Shown here: positions 37,052 through 51,790 of the stretch, one piece after another
How positions within the stretch are numbered: the stretch's first letter is position 1
Layout: every line of letters starts with the position of its first letter
DNA from: Iphione sp. A-MEVVRFRX5
Taxonomy: Eukaryota
Length of the DNA: 64,000 bases
Direction of reading: 5' to 3'
Assembly (NCBI GenBank): GCA_976226885.1
Contig: OZ320318.1
Location: 43,028,001-43,092,000 of the forward strand
Made by a program: the position numbers and the translations under genes
The notes under the pieces: model-generated
What the model was told of the DNA's origin: nothing
Seen by the model: only the letters and a program-made list of their open reading frames with translations
Database searches by the model: none

Positions 37052-38392
37052 AGGCCAATGATATCTGCAAACCTACTGCTTCCTACTGAGGATTAGACAC
37101 ACATAATACACCTTAGTACATTCTGCTCTTTACGATGCAGTGAGTCCCATAATAAGTCTCGGTGATACTTTCAAGGGAAGTTGTTAGGAAAAAATGGCAC
37201 AACTAATTATGGAATGGAGACACATTTTAATTTATATGAGTTTTTAATCAAAATGAAACTATTTTGAGGAAATTAGATTAATTATTAAAGAAAACGTGGG
37301 CAGGCTTTATCAACAAAACTAATCACGACAGGAAGCTTACGCGAAGGATATTTAAGAGCCGGTTTTAGTAAACTTAATTAAATGTAACTTCGGCTGAGAA
37401 GCACCACAATTCAAGCTTGTCCGTCTTTGAAAGTGTACTTTTTGCGGACATGCTGTAGTCAGACCTTTTTAATATCTAGAGGATTGAGTGTATATTCAAA
37501 TATACATATACATATATATATATGCAAGTATGCAAGTTCGCCTTCTACTGATAGGCTCATACCTGCAAATGTAATGGTCACAGTGTTGTTCTGTCCTAAG
37601 GATCAAACCCTTGTCCAGTATCTGCAACTTAAATCCCACTGAGAAACCCGATATCAGCAAACTAGTTCAGACTGGGTTACCGCCTATCTGACTACAACTA
37701 CTATGGTATCACATTTGGCAATAATCCCAGTCGGCTTACAGACGCTTGGGTAGTCTAAATGGGGCAAGACAAGGGCGCAATTATGTGTACTAATGTATCG
37801 ACTCTTGGTGCGATCCCACCTGGCCCTAGAATTCATCATGAGTACTAACATGACAGTTGACCATCTTTACACAATAATATTGGACTCGGCCGGGACCCTT
37901 GAAAAACTGTATACTTCAAGTTCTGGAACTTAACATAATGTTCTCCCAGCGTTGGGAGCTGTCTCTGACACGCGCATCAGAAGTCACCATCCAGGTATCT
38001 TTTTTCTCCTCTTAGTTGGAAGTTAAGTGAAGAATTTACATGGTGTTATAGGGAATAATAAAAGTACCTGCATGAGAAAGAAAATGTCTTTATTTATCTT
38101 GATAATGTCTGTCCAAGTATTGCTTTATTTGTCATTGTTGTGTCGTTCGAGTGTACGGTTACTTTGCTAAATATTTAATAATGGAATCCTTCTTCACGGT
38201 TCATCTAGCGCCATTCAGATCATACTTATTCCTATCTGTAGCTCCTATTTCACTTAATTCAGTATTCAATTCCCCTACGCATGGTGGCTGGTCTGATCAG
38301 CTGTAAGCCAGCGTTACGAGATCGAGGGCAACACCTAATGTCGGGTACCAGTCAGCAATCACAATTAACTCCATCTGTAGGATCATTAGTGA

Positions 38393-38406
38393 CCGCCAGG
38401 TGGCGA
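38393..38406 (+). promoter_or_regulatory. CTCF-like motif
   Basis: CCGCCAGGTGGCGA is close to the CCASYAGRKGGCRC consensus. Confidence 0.3.
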
Positions 38407-38734
38407 CACGGGCTTTCCCGTCAGGCCCTGCGGCTGAACGATGCAACGCACATCACCCTCCTTGCAATCTCAAAGTGCAGCCATTTTGTTTTCATCGGAT
38501 CCAATGGGAAATCTCCAAACACTCTTTAAAAGGTCAGGAAAGTGCAGATGTTTAACAGCATATGCCATCATTGATGGTTGCTGTGTTTTCAGTCAGCGTT
38601 TCAGTGTTAACCCTCAGCTAATCGCAGAAAAATCTCTGCGTGTACATTAAACAAAAAAGTGATTATGGAGAAAAACTGGGTGTATATGTTTTACAGATGC
38701 CCGGTCGTACGTATACACACAAGGGACCATAATA

Positions 38735-38862
38735 NNNNNNNNNNNNNNNNNNNNNNNNNNNNNNNNNNNNNNNNNNNNNNNNNNNNNNNNNNNNNNNNNN
38801 NNNNNNNNNNNNNNNNNNNNNNNNNNNNNNNNNNNNNNNNNNNNNNNNNNNNNNNNNNNNNN
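38735..38862. other. Assembly gap (128 N)
   Basis: N run. Confidence 1.
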
Positions 38863-40108
38863 AAGGGTCCTAGGCGATAAAAAAAATCAGAGAAAGATAA
38901 AACGCAGAGGCAACGGTAAAGAAAGAGAACGAAAGGGAAGGGAAAAGAAAAGGGACATCCTATACCAGAGGGGATTGCAACAGAAACAAAGAATGATAGT
39001 AAGATTAAGAGAAAGGGAAAAGGACAAATCTATGTACAGTTAGGAGGAAAGGGAGAGAGATGGTGTTGATTTCCTCAGTTGTTGTCTTACACGAAGCACT
39101 CTCTTTCCGTACTATCTTTTGCTCGGTCTGTCTTGCTCCGTCCCTCTTCGACTCTCCCTCGATCGGTATCTTTTCTACGACATTTTCTTTCCTCTGTTCT
39201 CCTTCCCATTCTCTTCAGCTTCCTCCACCTCTCATATTTCTGAAAACTCTCTGAGGAAAACCTTCCTGCTCCATGTTGATTGCATCTGTTCGCTCGAGGC
39301 AACCGTTCGTGTTATGACAAGGCCGCTTTATTCCTCCAGCTGCCAGTCCGTTCCGCTTCCCCCGTCCGCCGGTTATATTTTTACCGGCAACTCTCCCACG
39401 GATATCAAGGCGAGCAATTGATTCACGTTTTACAAACAACCCTGGCTTCTGGCTCCTCCGCTAGCTGCAATGTGAGCAAGAGTGGTAGTGTTTTTAAGCA
39501 AGTCCATAAGGCGTTGCAACGAACACTGACAGAAAGTTTTTAATCTACGATATATTGATATCATACGGGCTTCGGGTCGGGAGTGGTCTGATATACTGTA
39601 TGAAATGAAATTTTGGACGTACCAACATCTGAGGGATACAAACAGCATATGGTATCAGATGAGGTTAGGGGTCCATATATACTAAGAAGAAAATGGATGT
39701 CAATCGGTATAAAAACGCATATTAATAAATTTTAATGAAGAGGGTCGTTTTCTACAGTCATCTAATATGGGGAATACACAATACACCAAATATATATATA
39801 TATATATTTTAATATGTGCATTCTGAAATCCTTATTTATGGTGAGGTACGATTTCTTATGTAGACATAGAAAAGCTCTTTTCGTATTTTTCTTCACTCGG
39901 ACGTATAAATAGAACATTTAAACGGATAAATCTGATTGAATTTTCGAACACTAAACTTTGACTGGATAAAAATGTAGCATTATCTAAAATGGAAATATGG
40001 ATAAATCACCTAAAGGGTAATTCTTGTATTATTATTATATACTCTAAAATATGAATATGAATATTATTTTTATAGTATTATTAGCTATGAAATATAATCT
40101 ATTACAAT

Positions 40109-40799
40109 ATGTGATAGATACAGCACGAGTACAGCACTGTACGCGATATATTACTGTAAAAACGTATTTTTACTGCTTAATTGCAGTAATATTCTATAAT
40201 CTATAATGTCCCGACACTCCCATCAATAAGCAATATATTGCTTGGCTGCCTCAAATAGGCTCAAAGAGTGTTAAAGACGGCGTTTTTACTGCGAGTGTAC
40301 ACAGCNNNNNNNNNNNNNNNNNNNNNNNNNNNNNNNNNNNNNNNNNNNNNNNNNNNNNNNNNNNNNNNNNNNNNNNNNNNNNNNNNNNNNNNNNNNNNNN
40401 NNNNNNNNNNNNNNNNNNNNNNNNNNNNNNNNNNNNNNNNNNNNNNNNNNNNNNNNNNNNNNNNNNNNNNNNNNNNNNNNNNNNNNNNNNNNNNNNNNNN
40501 NNNNNNNNNNNNNNNNNNNNNNNNNNNNNNNNNNNNNNNNNNNNNNNNNNNNNNNNNNATTATAGTCCTTGGAAGTTTTATCGCGAATACGCGGTAAAAT
40601 GACGTTATTTTTACCGCAAGTGTACACAACTTCATTTTATTGCTTAATCACGTTTTTCAGTGATGTGGAGAGAGAGAGAGACAAGTGTATTATTTTGAAC
40701 AAATGAGAGTACTACAGCAGTGGAAAGTTTGAGCATGATACACAGATTATACAGTAATATATCGTGTACAGTGCTGTACTCATGCTGTATCTATCACAT
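40109..40799. repeat. Palindromic non-autonomous repeat family, copy B, ~50-bp terminal inverted repeats, contains an assembly gap
   Basis: atgtgatagatacagcacgagtacagcactgtacgcgatatattactgta (40109) is inverted at ~40750-40799. The internal segments 40560-40630 and ~40722 match 22963-23032 and ~22789. Confidence 0.65.
40306..40558. other. Assembly gap (253 N)
   Basis: N run. Confidence 1.
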
Positions 40800-41199
40800 T
40801 TATACATGCCTTTACTCATGAGAATATTGAATACATTGTACTACATATTATGATCCACCAAGTATGGTCATACTCAACTGTACGTTTACGTCTGATATTC
40901 GCATATTATCTGTTGAAGTCTGTTGGAATACGATGTGGAGGTAACTCAGCCCCTAATATAGAACATGGGATTTATAAATGGCTAAACATTAAAAGACGAT
41001 AGCTAAAATTAATAAAAATCTATGCATGAAGAATATTTGTGTGAAGTGAATAATGGACGATGTGAAGCGAAAAGTAAACACTTGATGGGATTCATTATAC
41101 CTCTGAACAGCAATCCATCAGCTTATATTTCCTCTTTTGCCTTGTGGCCCTCTCTTCTGAGTACTTTTGTAATTTTTTTCTTTATATTATAGAGGAATT

Positions 41200-43130
41200 T
41201 ACTAGAGAGCGATGGGGACTCAAGTATTAAAACTGGTGAAAAGTAGGGCATATAGAACTAAAACAACGACAGACTTATGTTTCACAGATATGACAGTTGA
41301 GTAACAGAGTAAAATGATAGAAGAAACGATCAGTGATCATTGCCTGCTGTACTTATAAAAACAGATAAAGCTCCGAGATTCTGGAAGAAATTACTTTAGA
41401 ATGTATTATAATAGACTTAATACTGGAGATTTAGACGGCAAACTAATGGTGTACGATTGGACAGATTTGGAGTGCATATTGGATATGGGCGACAAATCGA
41501 AATATTTTTAGTAGACAATGATATTAGGATGTACATGTATACGTGAGCAATGCACGCTGCAGCAGCAGAGAATTCCGACTAAATGTTCGCCATTAGTAGA
41601 GTAACTAAAACGAAGAACAGGAAACAAAACAATAAAGAAAAAGGTACAAATAACAGGATAGACTGTGACAGATGTATCTGCAAGTAATGCATTCAATTAA
41701 GCAGTTGTCGCAGAATTCTTGAAAAGTTTAGTAGCTTGACATGTAAGGCAGAAAAGTACAGAGGCAACACTGGTAAGGCTCCCTTTTAGGCTAAGTGAAG
41801 TACTAGTATATGCATTACAAAGTATTCCGAATAATAAATTAAGTCTGCTAGAGGACACACCCTCAACAATGCTTAACATATTTTATCATTGTTTATTTAA
41901 TCATGGATTTGATAAACACTAGTACTGAGGAGTAAGGTCCCGAAGGAATAGCTTTCTCAGATTATGCCACTGCATAAACCAGGTTCAAGCAACGATGCCA
42001 CAAATTATTTGTTTATGTGTTCATGTCTGAATGCTCCATATATATAACTGAATTAATAATTCAGCTTTTCTCTCTATACATATATGCTCCACTATATTAT
42101 CAAAAATATTTGCTATATCCATAATAAAACAATTTCATGTTTTTTTAATTACAGAGAGAATTCAAAAAGCGAACAATCGCCGTTTCCGCCAAAATCATTT
42201 GGTTTTGGAAAAATTTCGATTTCAAATAGTGGCCTAAGGCAACAGTCATTTTCAATCAGTTAAAAGGGGCCCAAGGCCCTACCTCAACACTTTTCATACC
42301 TGCAAACATGTAAACAGCTTGTGTTTTTAGTAGACCATTAATATAATCATAACCTGAGTAGATAAGGTCACAGTACTGAGCCTCATGATACCTCTTTACT
42401 GGTATATTATGAGGCATTATAGGCACATTGGTCAGTTGTCTTTGACTGACAAAGTATTAAAACGATTAATTGATTACAGGTTACAGAAATGTTTGGAAGA
42501 AAATAGTAAAACTACAGTGCCACAATATGGTTTTAGACCTAGCATTGGAACAGCTTGAGCTGTATTCATACAGCACTAAAAGATAAAAATAAGTTCGTTG
42601 TACGATTCATTGTCGATCTAAGGCATTTGCCGCAGAATCCCATGAGGTAATATCAAATAAGTTCTTCTAAATATGTGCTGAACCAATAATACTGTGGATC
42701 ACTGACAATTTAACTAACCTATAACATTAAACAAATGTAGGCCTGAAAAGTAAGACCTGGAGGCAAAAACATGTGGAGTCTTCAAGTATCAACTCTGGGT
42801 CCATTGTTGTTCATTTTATCAAAGATGAGCAACATGTGTTTGATAAATGTAAATGTTTATTTTATGCTGATTTATTGGCCTTAGTACTTGTGTTAAAACC
42901 ATATATATTATGTGTAAAGAATTTGCAGGATATCATAATAAATGTAGAAGGCTGCTCAGAGAAAATAGAATTTTGATCAACGAGTAAACGACTAAACTTA
43001 TGCTAGTTAGACATATAGCACAATGCAAGGAGATACAAATTACACTAAACAGAACTACAAAACGGCAGTTGAACAACATCAACTACTTGAGGACACTATT
43101 TAGTGGTAAACTAACCTGCAATCTATGAAT
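41200..43130 (+). pseudogene. Old, decayed CR1-group LINE ORF2 (EN end + RT) with stops and frameshifts
   Basis: Manual translation gives TTDLCFTD and TISDH (SDH at 41332-41340); YRHIGQLSLTDKVLKRLIDYRLQKCLEEN (42418-42504); QYGFRP (42523-42540); DL[fs]KAF (~42615); CGV[fs]QVSTLGPLLFI (~42773); YADL (42863). Motif order matches APE-RT. Boundaries are approximate. Confidence 0.8.
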
Positions 43131-44739
43131 AAATGACTAACTTTGTAAAGGATACCCGAAATCTAAATTGTTAATGTGATTCCATATTACATTTTGATAA
43201 TGTTTGCCTGACTTATTGCTAGAACAATGATTTTACCCATTATTAGTAATTGTAGAAATACTGTATTGCCAGAAAAGGGTGGCTATTTGCTAATTTTTCA
43301 TGTCGAATCTGTTGCAAAAACTAGTTTTAATGAATTCCTTTTCCTTATTAGGTAATTTTGAGTCATGTGGTTAGATATTTAAATGATCCAATTTACATAA
43401 ATACATACACTAGCTTACTGAGGTGACAAAATTTAAGGATTATTTTAAATGCTTATATAGTGCAGAAATAAACAAATGTCCTTTCAGGTACTGAAACCCT
43501 TTCCAAAAATATCCTTTCTCTGTGTAATAATCAGTTTTTAAGATGAATTTACACATTTCACAGTATCTAAGAATGTCAAGGAATGCATTTAGCATTAAAT
43601 TATATCTTTTTAAAAGGTTAGTTGCCTTAAATTTGAACGAAGATATCCCAGGATCTAGAAAAAATATTTACTCAATTTTTGCACAAAATGATGTCCTAAA
43701 GTGGTCTTTAGTTTCCATAGGTTTACACTGGAATGGCCTTTTTCTTTGGCTGGTTAGAATTGTAGAAAATATGTATTGGCAGAAAAAAGAGTGGTTCAAT
43801 GGAAAAATTGATTAGTTTAAGAAGAGCAGGCTACAGAACAGCTTTACTTTTCTCACATCTTCCGCCTAGATATACTACAAGACAACATAATCGTGAATCT
43901 ACTATATCAAGACTAGGACAGTTGGAGGAAAATGATCAGGTGAGGATAGGTATTCAGCGTCATAGGAATAGCAGATGGCGATTCAAACTAGATCTGTTTG
44001 TCAAAAATGGATGAATGAAAAAACATACATTTAAAAACGTTTTCTACTAACATTACTAGTGAGACTTGGCTCTCCCAGTGATGGATTCTTGAAACTAGGA
44101 CCTAATTGGAATGAAACGGAAGATATTTAATAGATTAATTACTTTCTGTCTTGTATGGTTTTTCATGGTAGCAAAACTGGAAATTAGCAAAATGGGTAGG
44201 TAATGAAACATAAGTGAGCAAATTGAAATGTAACAGAGTGTCTAGAAAGTCCCTCCACAACTCGAATGTGACGCACTTCCCTGCCCTCAAGGTGTGAGAC
44301 CAATTTATGAGAACTGGTAAGACGGTTGGGCAAGGGACGTCCTACTTCTCCCCTACCCTGTAGCATGGTACGCCAGAGGGGCATGGGGGACATTCCCCTA
44401 AGATGAGTTCAACAAAAATGCCTTGACCGTTGTGTTGTCTCTGTGGTGCAATGGATAACATCATCAGTTCAAACATGGAAAGATCATTAATGGGTTCCAA
44501 CCCTGACCATGAAAAAACTCCCACACTTATTATCAGAGCATTAGACCGAGGTGTGGGGAGGTTTTTGTAAATGGTCTAAAAACGTTTTCTATTCTGGTTC
44601 GGAAAATATTATGCAAACTGTCATTTTAAATGTTTTAAGATTTTTTTTCACAATGTTTTTAAATTGTTTCTGTGCTGGCTGGGTAACCTCCAAATTTAGA
44701 TACACTGACGCCAGTCTATCATGCTTAAGAAGAACCGAC

Positions 44740-45000
44740 ACAATATGGAACTAATTCGGAGTTTGTCTTGCACCTGAATGCATAAAAGGTTGTAATTGCT
44801 TGGGAATATTAAGCAAATACGTAAATAGGGTGCCAATACAAATGGCCATATACAGGAGGTATAGAAGCATTTGTTGAACAAGGCTGTAGACTGAGTTAAG
44901 CAAATATTTTCATACCCACCAAGTCTGCCATTCATATTGATACACTCTGCACAGAAATTTTTTATTGTACTCCTAAAAAATTGATGGAAAGGCCTTTGAA
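44740..45000 (-). pseudogene. Decayed LINE ORF2 C-terminal fragment
   Basis: Minus-frame NGRLGGYENI...LAPYL...KLRISS resembles the C-terminal RL..YK...PYL...KLRISSH pattern of invertebrate LINE ORF2 proteins. Confidence 0.35.
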
Positions 45001-47601
45001 ACTTCGAGTTTGCTCGACCAAAGGGAGGTGACAATGTTTACCTTCATTCGTGTTTGGTGCTACATACCTATAGTAATTGTCAATACTTAAACATTAAGAC
45101 CCAAACATGCACTAGCTTTACATGTGATTTTAGGAACACAGCATGGCGGCTGTCTTGCAGATTTAGAGTTTCAACAATGAATTCTGTAGGAAATAGATCA
45201 TTTTCGAAGAATTAATAAAGAATTTATTATGAAAACACCTTTTAGGTATCTTTTTACGCCATTCCAATGCATATTTTCTATTAAATAAAAGGCTTCTGTG
45301 TAGAGCATCAATCTCATCCAAACCCGAAGTCAATTATCTTTTCATTTAATGTGTATGCTTACTGAGTCGAAAATAATGTTCACAAAAAATCCCCTGAGAA
45401 GTGCAATATACATTGCACCGCTTTGTTCAGTTAATACTCACGTTCTGTATCACCACTATAATATAATAATATTAGCTATAACACTAGTAAAATTGAGTCG
45501 GCCAGTAATTGATTATACATGTGAATCTCCAAGAGAACGAAAAGTATTACCACTGTGCTAACCGTGGCTGCTATCTCAACTTCTCGGTTCTAAGCACTAT
45601 ACGAAGCTGGGCCCACAATACACCCTTAGATTTAGATATCCTGCGGTCAGAATAGACGAGATGCTTTCATATATTTGCATCCCTGTATGGATAGGAATCT
45701 TTCTACAGCTTCAGAGAGAAGGAGGTTGGACCGTTACAGTATTTCAAAAGCAATAGGCAGAAATGATAGTGTCTGATAAGGCTGAAAAATCAAAGATAGG
45801 TCTTCATAGAATAAAAAGCACGAACTGAGAACTAGGTTCACCCTTTTCAACTGCGATGGCTAGGCAGTACTTAACTTATGTTACCTCAAACTATTACCGT
45901 GACCTCTAATAGGGAACAAAAAGTCATCTTTTAGGAGCCTTCTACATGTTTTTGATATACAGCAGTAATAATGCTATAGCACTTCTTTTTTTTATCAACA
46001 TCATTATATTATTCCTAAATCCCGAAAATATATATATGCCACCACGTCAAGGTCTTCTTATTATTGCCTTTTTTTACTTATTGTTGAATATTGTATCCGA
46101 TCGGGGCTGGGTTGTTTTTCGTGTAACTCGGTCTTGAATAATGAGTAGGTACGGTTTCGTCTGCACTGAGTCTGCGTACCTGCAGACTATCAAAAAGCAA
46201 GGGCCGTAAGTAATCTACGGGTCATTTCAGAGGTCGCTAAACATGCGTCTGGAAGCAGACACAGCTCTAGTCTCGGAGAGAATGGGAGCTCGACGCGAGA
46301 CTTCAGTCCGGGATCATTGGCATCAGCTGCCGGTCGAAAGCACTTTCCTTAAAACAAAATTAATGAATAGGAATGTTGATATCATTTTAATAAATACAGA
46401 TTTGAAGGGAAATCTAAACCGTAGTGCCTGGATAGATAGATGGTCATGGTAGGTCTATAAGCAGAAAGCAGATATAGCTTGCAGCAGGAGCAAAGATAAG
46501 AGTAGAGAGATGTACAAAGAAACACAAGAGGCAGAATTTTATAAATAGTGATATAGTCATTCTGGCCTATAATCCCCCCTTTTTCTATATTAAACCTTCT
46601 ATCCATATAGAATTTCTTTTATTATTATCAATACCTTTCCATACAGCTTTCATTCTTTCTTTTAAAAAAAATCTGTTAACAAAAATTAAACGTTTTTTAA
46701 TTGACCAAAAGACAGAGTTTAAAATTATAGTGAAACAGACGGTAAGATAAGATAGGAAAAAATTATATATTTTCAATCTAAGACGAACTGACGGGGATAG
46801 GAGTGGGCCACTCTGCAAACTCTTCAATAGAACGAACTCGACCTTCAGAAAACGTCTACAGATTCGGAAGCCGCAAAATCCAAATCATTGGTGTATTAAA
46901 TTTAAGTATGTGTATAAGATTGCATAAACTTGTGTTCTTGATTTTGTGGAATGGTGAGTGTGAGAGTGTGTTATTGTACAAATGTACAAATATGCGTTTA
47001 TGAAGGGTTATGTGTATGTGGGGCGTGGGTGTTTGTCTATGTAGGAGAGAGTATTTTACCATGTGTGGGATTGTGTGTTTCATTGTGAGTGGGTGATCAC
47101 CTAGCCATGTTAAGAACTCAATTATTCTATGAAAATAATCTTGACTCAATGGAGACAAATGCCAACACTCAATTTGCTGAATCTTATGCATCATTCGTCT
47201 CTGTTGGGTCACTGCAGGTTGGACATAAGTTTGAGAAGATATAGCTTCAGAACATCTCTCTACTTAGTACATCACAAGCCTAGAATGTCCCCATCCAGAA
47301 AATCATTCTTGCATATGGGTGTAAAGAATGGGAGCAGTCTGACTCCTCAAGCAATGGAATAAAAATTAATATTGGGTTTTAAGAAACATGCATTTAAAAA
47401 GGGAAGAATTCGGCCAACAACTATTCACTGAATATATGTTTTCTACAGTCTCCTTGCATTACGTTTGTCCAAACTTGCTTTTGCTAGTATGTAATGTACT
47501 TGAATTAAACGTTACTCTTCAATTGTAGTGATTGGAATAACTTAATCTGTAATGAGAAGTAAATTAACAATCATTGTACTTTTTATTCAATGGCGTGTAC
47601 A

Positions 47602-48155
47602 CGCGTGCGTACAAGAATACTATTAATCATGGCTAAGTATAATGTATTTCTGTATATACAGGCATACAACACTAAGTAATTGATTTTGTATGTATTATGT
47701 ACCTTTGTATGTAAATAGTTTTGTATTGCGTTATACGCATATATATATATGCTGATGTTTGTTCAAGAGTATCTGGGAAGACATGATTGAAAGTAAAGGC
47801 AAATGAAGTTAAACAAATCCATGTATCTCTGTATATATTGAAATATATCTTTAACGCCGCTTTTTATGCCTTAGTCTCGCGTGCGTACAAGAATACTATT
47901 AATCATGGCTAAGTATATGTATTTCTGTATATACAGGCATACAACACTAAGTAATTGATTTTGTATGTATTATGTACCTTTGTATGTAAATAGTTTTGTA
48001 TGGCGTTATACGCATATATATATATGCCGATGTTTGTTCAAGAGTATCTGGGAAGACATGATTGAAAGTAAAGGCAAATGAAGTTAAACAAATCCATGTA
48101 TCTCTGTATATATTCAAATATATCTTTAACGCCGCTTTTTATGCCTTAGTCTCGC
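47602..48155. repeat. ~276-bp near-identical tandem duplication
   Basis: cgcgtgcgtacaagaatac... starts at 47602 and 47878; both copies end ttttatgccttagtctcgc. Confidence 0.9.
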
Positions 48156-51100
48156 CAAAAATACAGCTGCTGAATGCTCTGTTAGTGTTGACTCCTTAGC
48201 TGATCTTGGCCCTCTCACACATTGCCACAACAATTTATAGTAATGAGTTTGAGCGTTCCCACAGACATCTAGCTCTCAAAATAAACAGTAAAGAAACTCA
48301 AAAATTGCATATATTGATTTAAGTTCTCCCTCGAGAAGATCACATCTGTGACGGCCATCTTTTAGCGCGCAAAGCATTCTGGGTGTATTGATCAGCAAGC
48401 ATGCGTTCTTGGGGTGACCTGAACGACCCCGAGTGACCTTGAGATGAGCCAGGCTTCCCACGTGGCAGGCGTGTGTGAGAGTGAAGACAGACTTGAACCT
48501 CCCAACACTGCTATCACCCTAAAGGTACCGGAGAAAAAAGTGTTCCAGAAATTCCAGACTATATGGACATGCGATTGCCAAGGTATGAACAATGAGAGAG
48601 AAAAGGAGAAAAAGAGACAGGGACAGAGAGAGAGACAGAGAGAGAGGATATGAATGCGAATAATAACAGAGTCTACTGCAATTTGTGGATATAACAGATG
48701 GACACAGGAACAAATCCAGTACCATTCTGTATTTTTATCGTTGGCTTTCCTCCTTTCTCTCATTTCCCACTGCAACCTACATACATTATCTTCAGCTGTC
48801 TTATGATGCCCCCTTATAGTTTTTCCTAAACCATTCCTTCATTTCTGCATAACCGCCCATTTGTCAATTTTCCTGCCCATGATACTCTGCTTGTCCATAT
48901 TCTCTACGCGATGGTGTAATCCATCTCTAAGCATATACTTTTATGGCAGTACCGCTGGAATTCCACATTATCATCAGCTGTCGTATGTCCTTCGTATATA
49001 GTGTCATTGTTCGGCTGCAAGCACACTCTTGTATAGACACACGAGCGCAGATGTAAATTATTGATATAACAATCAAGACAATCTTTCCACACGCTGCCCT
49101 CGTCCGCCCTTATCGCTACAGTGGTTCTTTATAGCTACGATCACCATTGCGGCACTTGATGAGGACTATTGTACATCAATGCTGGTGGCGTCATTGTTCT
49201 GTGTGTGCACTGTATATACATGTATACTTTCCCTCAAGAGAAAAGGAGGTTACAGACTTTTGCCAATAGGTAGCGTAATTTCTATTTTTGATTTAATTCC
49301 CTTCATTCTGATGGTTCAACATCTAACTGGAATAGTCAATGTGTCTGTGTATCTATCTGTTTCTTCCTTTTGATTTTCTCCAATTTCGTTTAAGGTCCTC
49401 TCTGTCTATCTGTCTATCATCCCCCATATCTTTCTTTATCATTCGTTTTTAAGATTAAGGAAGAAATACGGACCTCCTACGCCCAAGGTGCACCTTCATC
49501 TTACCAGGCTGACTAAATTGCAGAATCTACCTGTAACTTATACCGGGTTCCTGCCAATTAATATCTGCATCCCCTCTTAGCAATGTTCCCTGTGCTGTGA
49601 CCAGCCTTCGTTGTTACCATCTCCTTCCACATGCCTGCTCTTTCTGTCCTAAGACCCACCATCCTCATCCTCATCATCTCTCATATACGCATTCTGCCAT
49701 TACTAAGGCCGAGGCTCCCCCTCTTGGATCACCCACACTTACATACTCTCCCAAATCTGAAATCTACCCTTCGTGTCCTCAATCCCTGTCTTCACTCTAC
49801 CCATCCCTGTCTTCTGGCACATCCTGACCGCCATATTCTTCCCACCTACCAGAGAATATTAAAGATTATTTCAGATACCCAACAATCCAAAGTCATGGAC
49901 TTAATATGTATTGACTAAAATCAGCTACTACTTATATTCCTAGCCTCACTCTAACCGTTTCTATAACGATGGCAAGACCTACGAGTAATAAATCATACAT
50001 TAGTCTGAAGTTTCTGGACTTTTACTGTGTCCTGTTGAAGCTATTCCTGACCAAATGCAACTTTGATATTCTCCACAGAGTACCCACATCCGTCTACCCT
50101 TAAAAAGGAGGGTGCACAACGCTGCCCGCTATGTACAAAAAACACTGCTCGTTGTTCTGCCCATAACGACATGACCTCTTAGGGGTAAACCGGACGGTGT
50201 AGGCCACGTTCCGTCATGTTGGGGCGACATTCGTGATGGATTATTAAATATGGGTTGGCCTAAAGGGTTTGCTCTTGTCCAAGTCGCCATATTGGTGTTA
50301 GAAGTGGGTCTAAAGGAAATACCTCAGTATCATTATCATTAGGTACTTTAAGGGAGGTTAGTGATACGTATAGATTGTTACGATTTCAAAACGGTACATT
50401 ACATTCTGTCTGAAAAAAGACTAAATAGTGCTTGTTCTACATGGGATTACCCGCCCCATAGGAAATGTGTCATTTGTGTGCACGTGTGTGTGTGGGGGGG
50501 ACTGTTTGCTGTGAAGATGTGTGCATAAAGGTGAATGTCATGTACAGGGTGTCTGTGTATTTGTGTGTATGGCTATAGCTGAGACTAAGAGTGCGTATGT
50601 GCATATGTATTTCCCCGGTTTATGTATCAGAGAGGTCGGTAAAAGGCGACAGTGGATTACTTATAAGCGGAGGGTAACATCAAAGGTGGTTGGCCCATTC
50701 ATTAGAGGCGACCATTTTGAAGCGACCCCCGAGAGTATTCGACAATGCCCTTTTCAGTAAGTCAATGTTACCTCCATAAATAGAGGTCAGCCTGTGAATT
50801 AATCACCGATGGGCGGACAAGATGAAATATAGAAATCCTATGCATTATAGAGTTAACCCTGTTTTTACGCTTGCTCTCTTTCTACTTTTACACTAATAGA
50901 AGTTACGACCGTACGTTTATTATGCTATTGTGAAGTGCAAACACAGTCTGAAGTGGTCTAAAATTTCGGCTGCCAGATGTGTATCTCCATTTGGGGAGGC
51001 CTTTCACTCGCTCCCTCTTGTCTCACCTTCCATTCTCTCCTCTCTTGCTCTCTTTCTTTTTTTTGTATTTTTTTTCCCGTCTACTTCATTTGACATTATG

Positions 51101-51582
51101 TGTCTATCACTGTCGACTTGATTCTTCCTCTCCTACACTGTGCTGACTGTGAGTACCTTCAAACTGATATACCTACTAACCTCCCGACCTCCTCCCCATC
51201 GCCACTCTTGCCTCTCCTCATACCTGTCCGACGCGACGGTATACTGAGGGCGGTGAGCCTTTTCCCCGGTAAGGGGCGCCACCTGATTGGCGCCACCTGG
51301 GAGGCGGGCATGTAAACATAGGGCGCCCCTGGTAGGGGGGAAGTGAGCATAGCACGCCCTTCCCGAATTGGCAGATCCAAGAACATGGGCAAACACATAC
51401 ACACAAACACGTTAAAATGGGTTATATATATGGGACGATTTGTAGTCGGCAAGCCAGACTCCCTCATCCAGTATCAACACCGGTAATATCTCTACCCTAT
51501 ACATTGTGATAACGCTACACAACAGGAAAACGTGTGTCTTGGACTTCTTGCACCCGGATCCTGAAAGAAACGACCTACTTAC

Positions 51583-51698
51583 CTGATTCTTTATCTCGGT
51601 CATAACCTCAGTTGATACGGGTCTTAAGCGGATAAATTCATCACATTTTGTGGATGTTTTATAATAATACACATAATTTGTGGATCTACGTCGAGCCT
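51583..51698 (-). other. Candidate 116-nt exon
   Basis: Minus-strand acceptor cttcttttcag and donor CAG|gtaagt. One frame is open (ARRRSTNYVYYYKTSTKCDEFIRLRPVSTEVMTEIKNQ). Product not recognised. Confidence 0.25.
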
Positions 51699-51790
51699 CT
51701 GAAAAGAAGTTGTCTGGGAAGGTACTGTTATATAATGCATGTCTTTTGTAGTAAGGACATGGGGCTACTTCCAAGTTTCTCCTTGAAACC

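Noticed and set aside
37660-37950. Possible RT remnant (DWVTAYLT, GARQG)
   Set aside because: Too few and too weak motifs; no recognisable YADD.
38659-40635. ORFs containing X runs
   Set aside because: They span assembly gaps and are artefacts.
46856-47362. 118-aa minus ORF and a possible LINE C-terminal Cys motif (NLCPTCS)
   Set aside because: Many stops and no second supporting motif.
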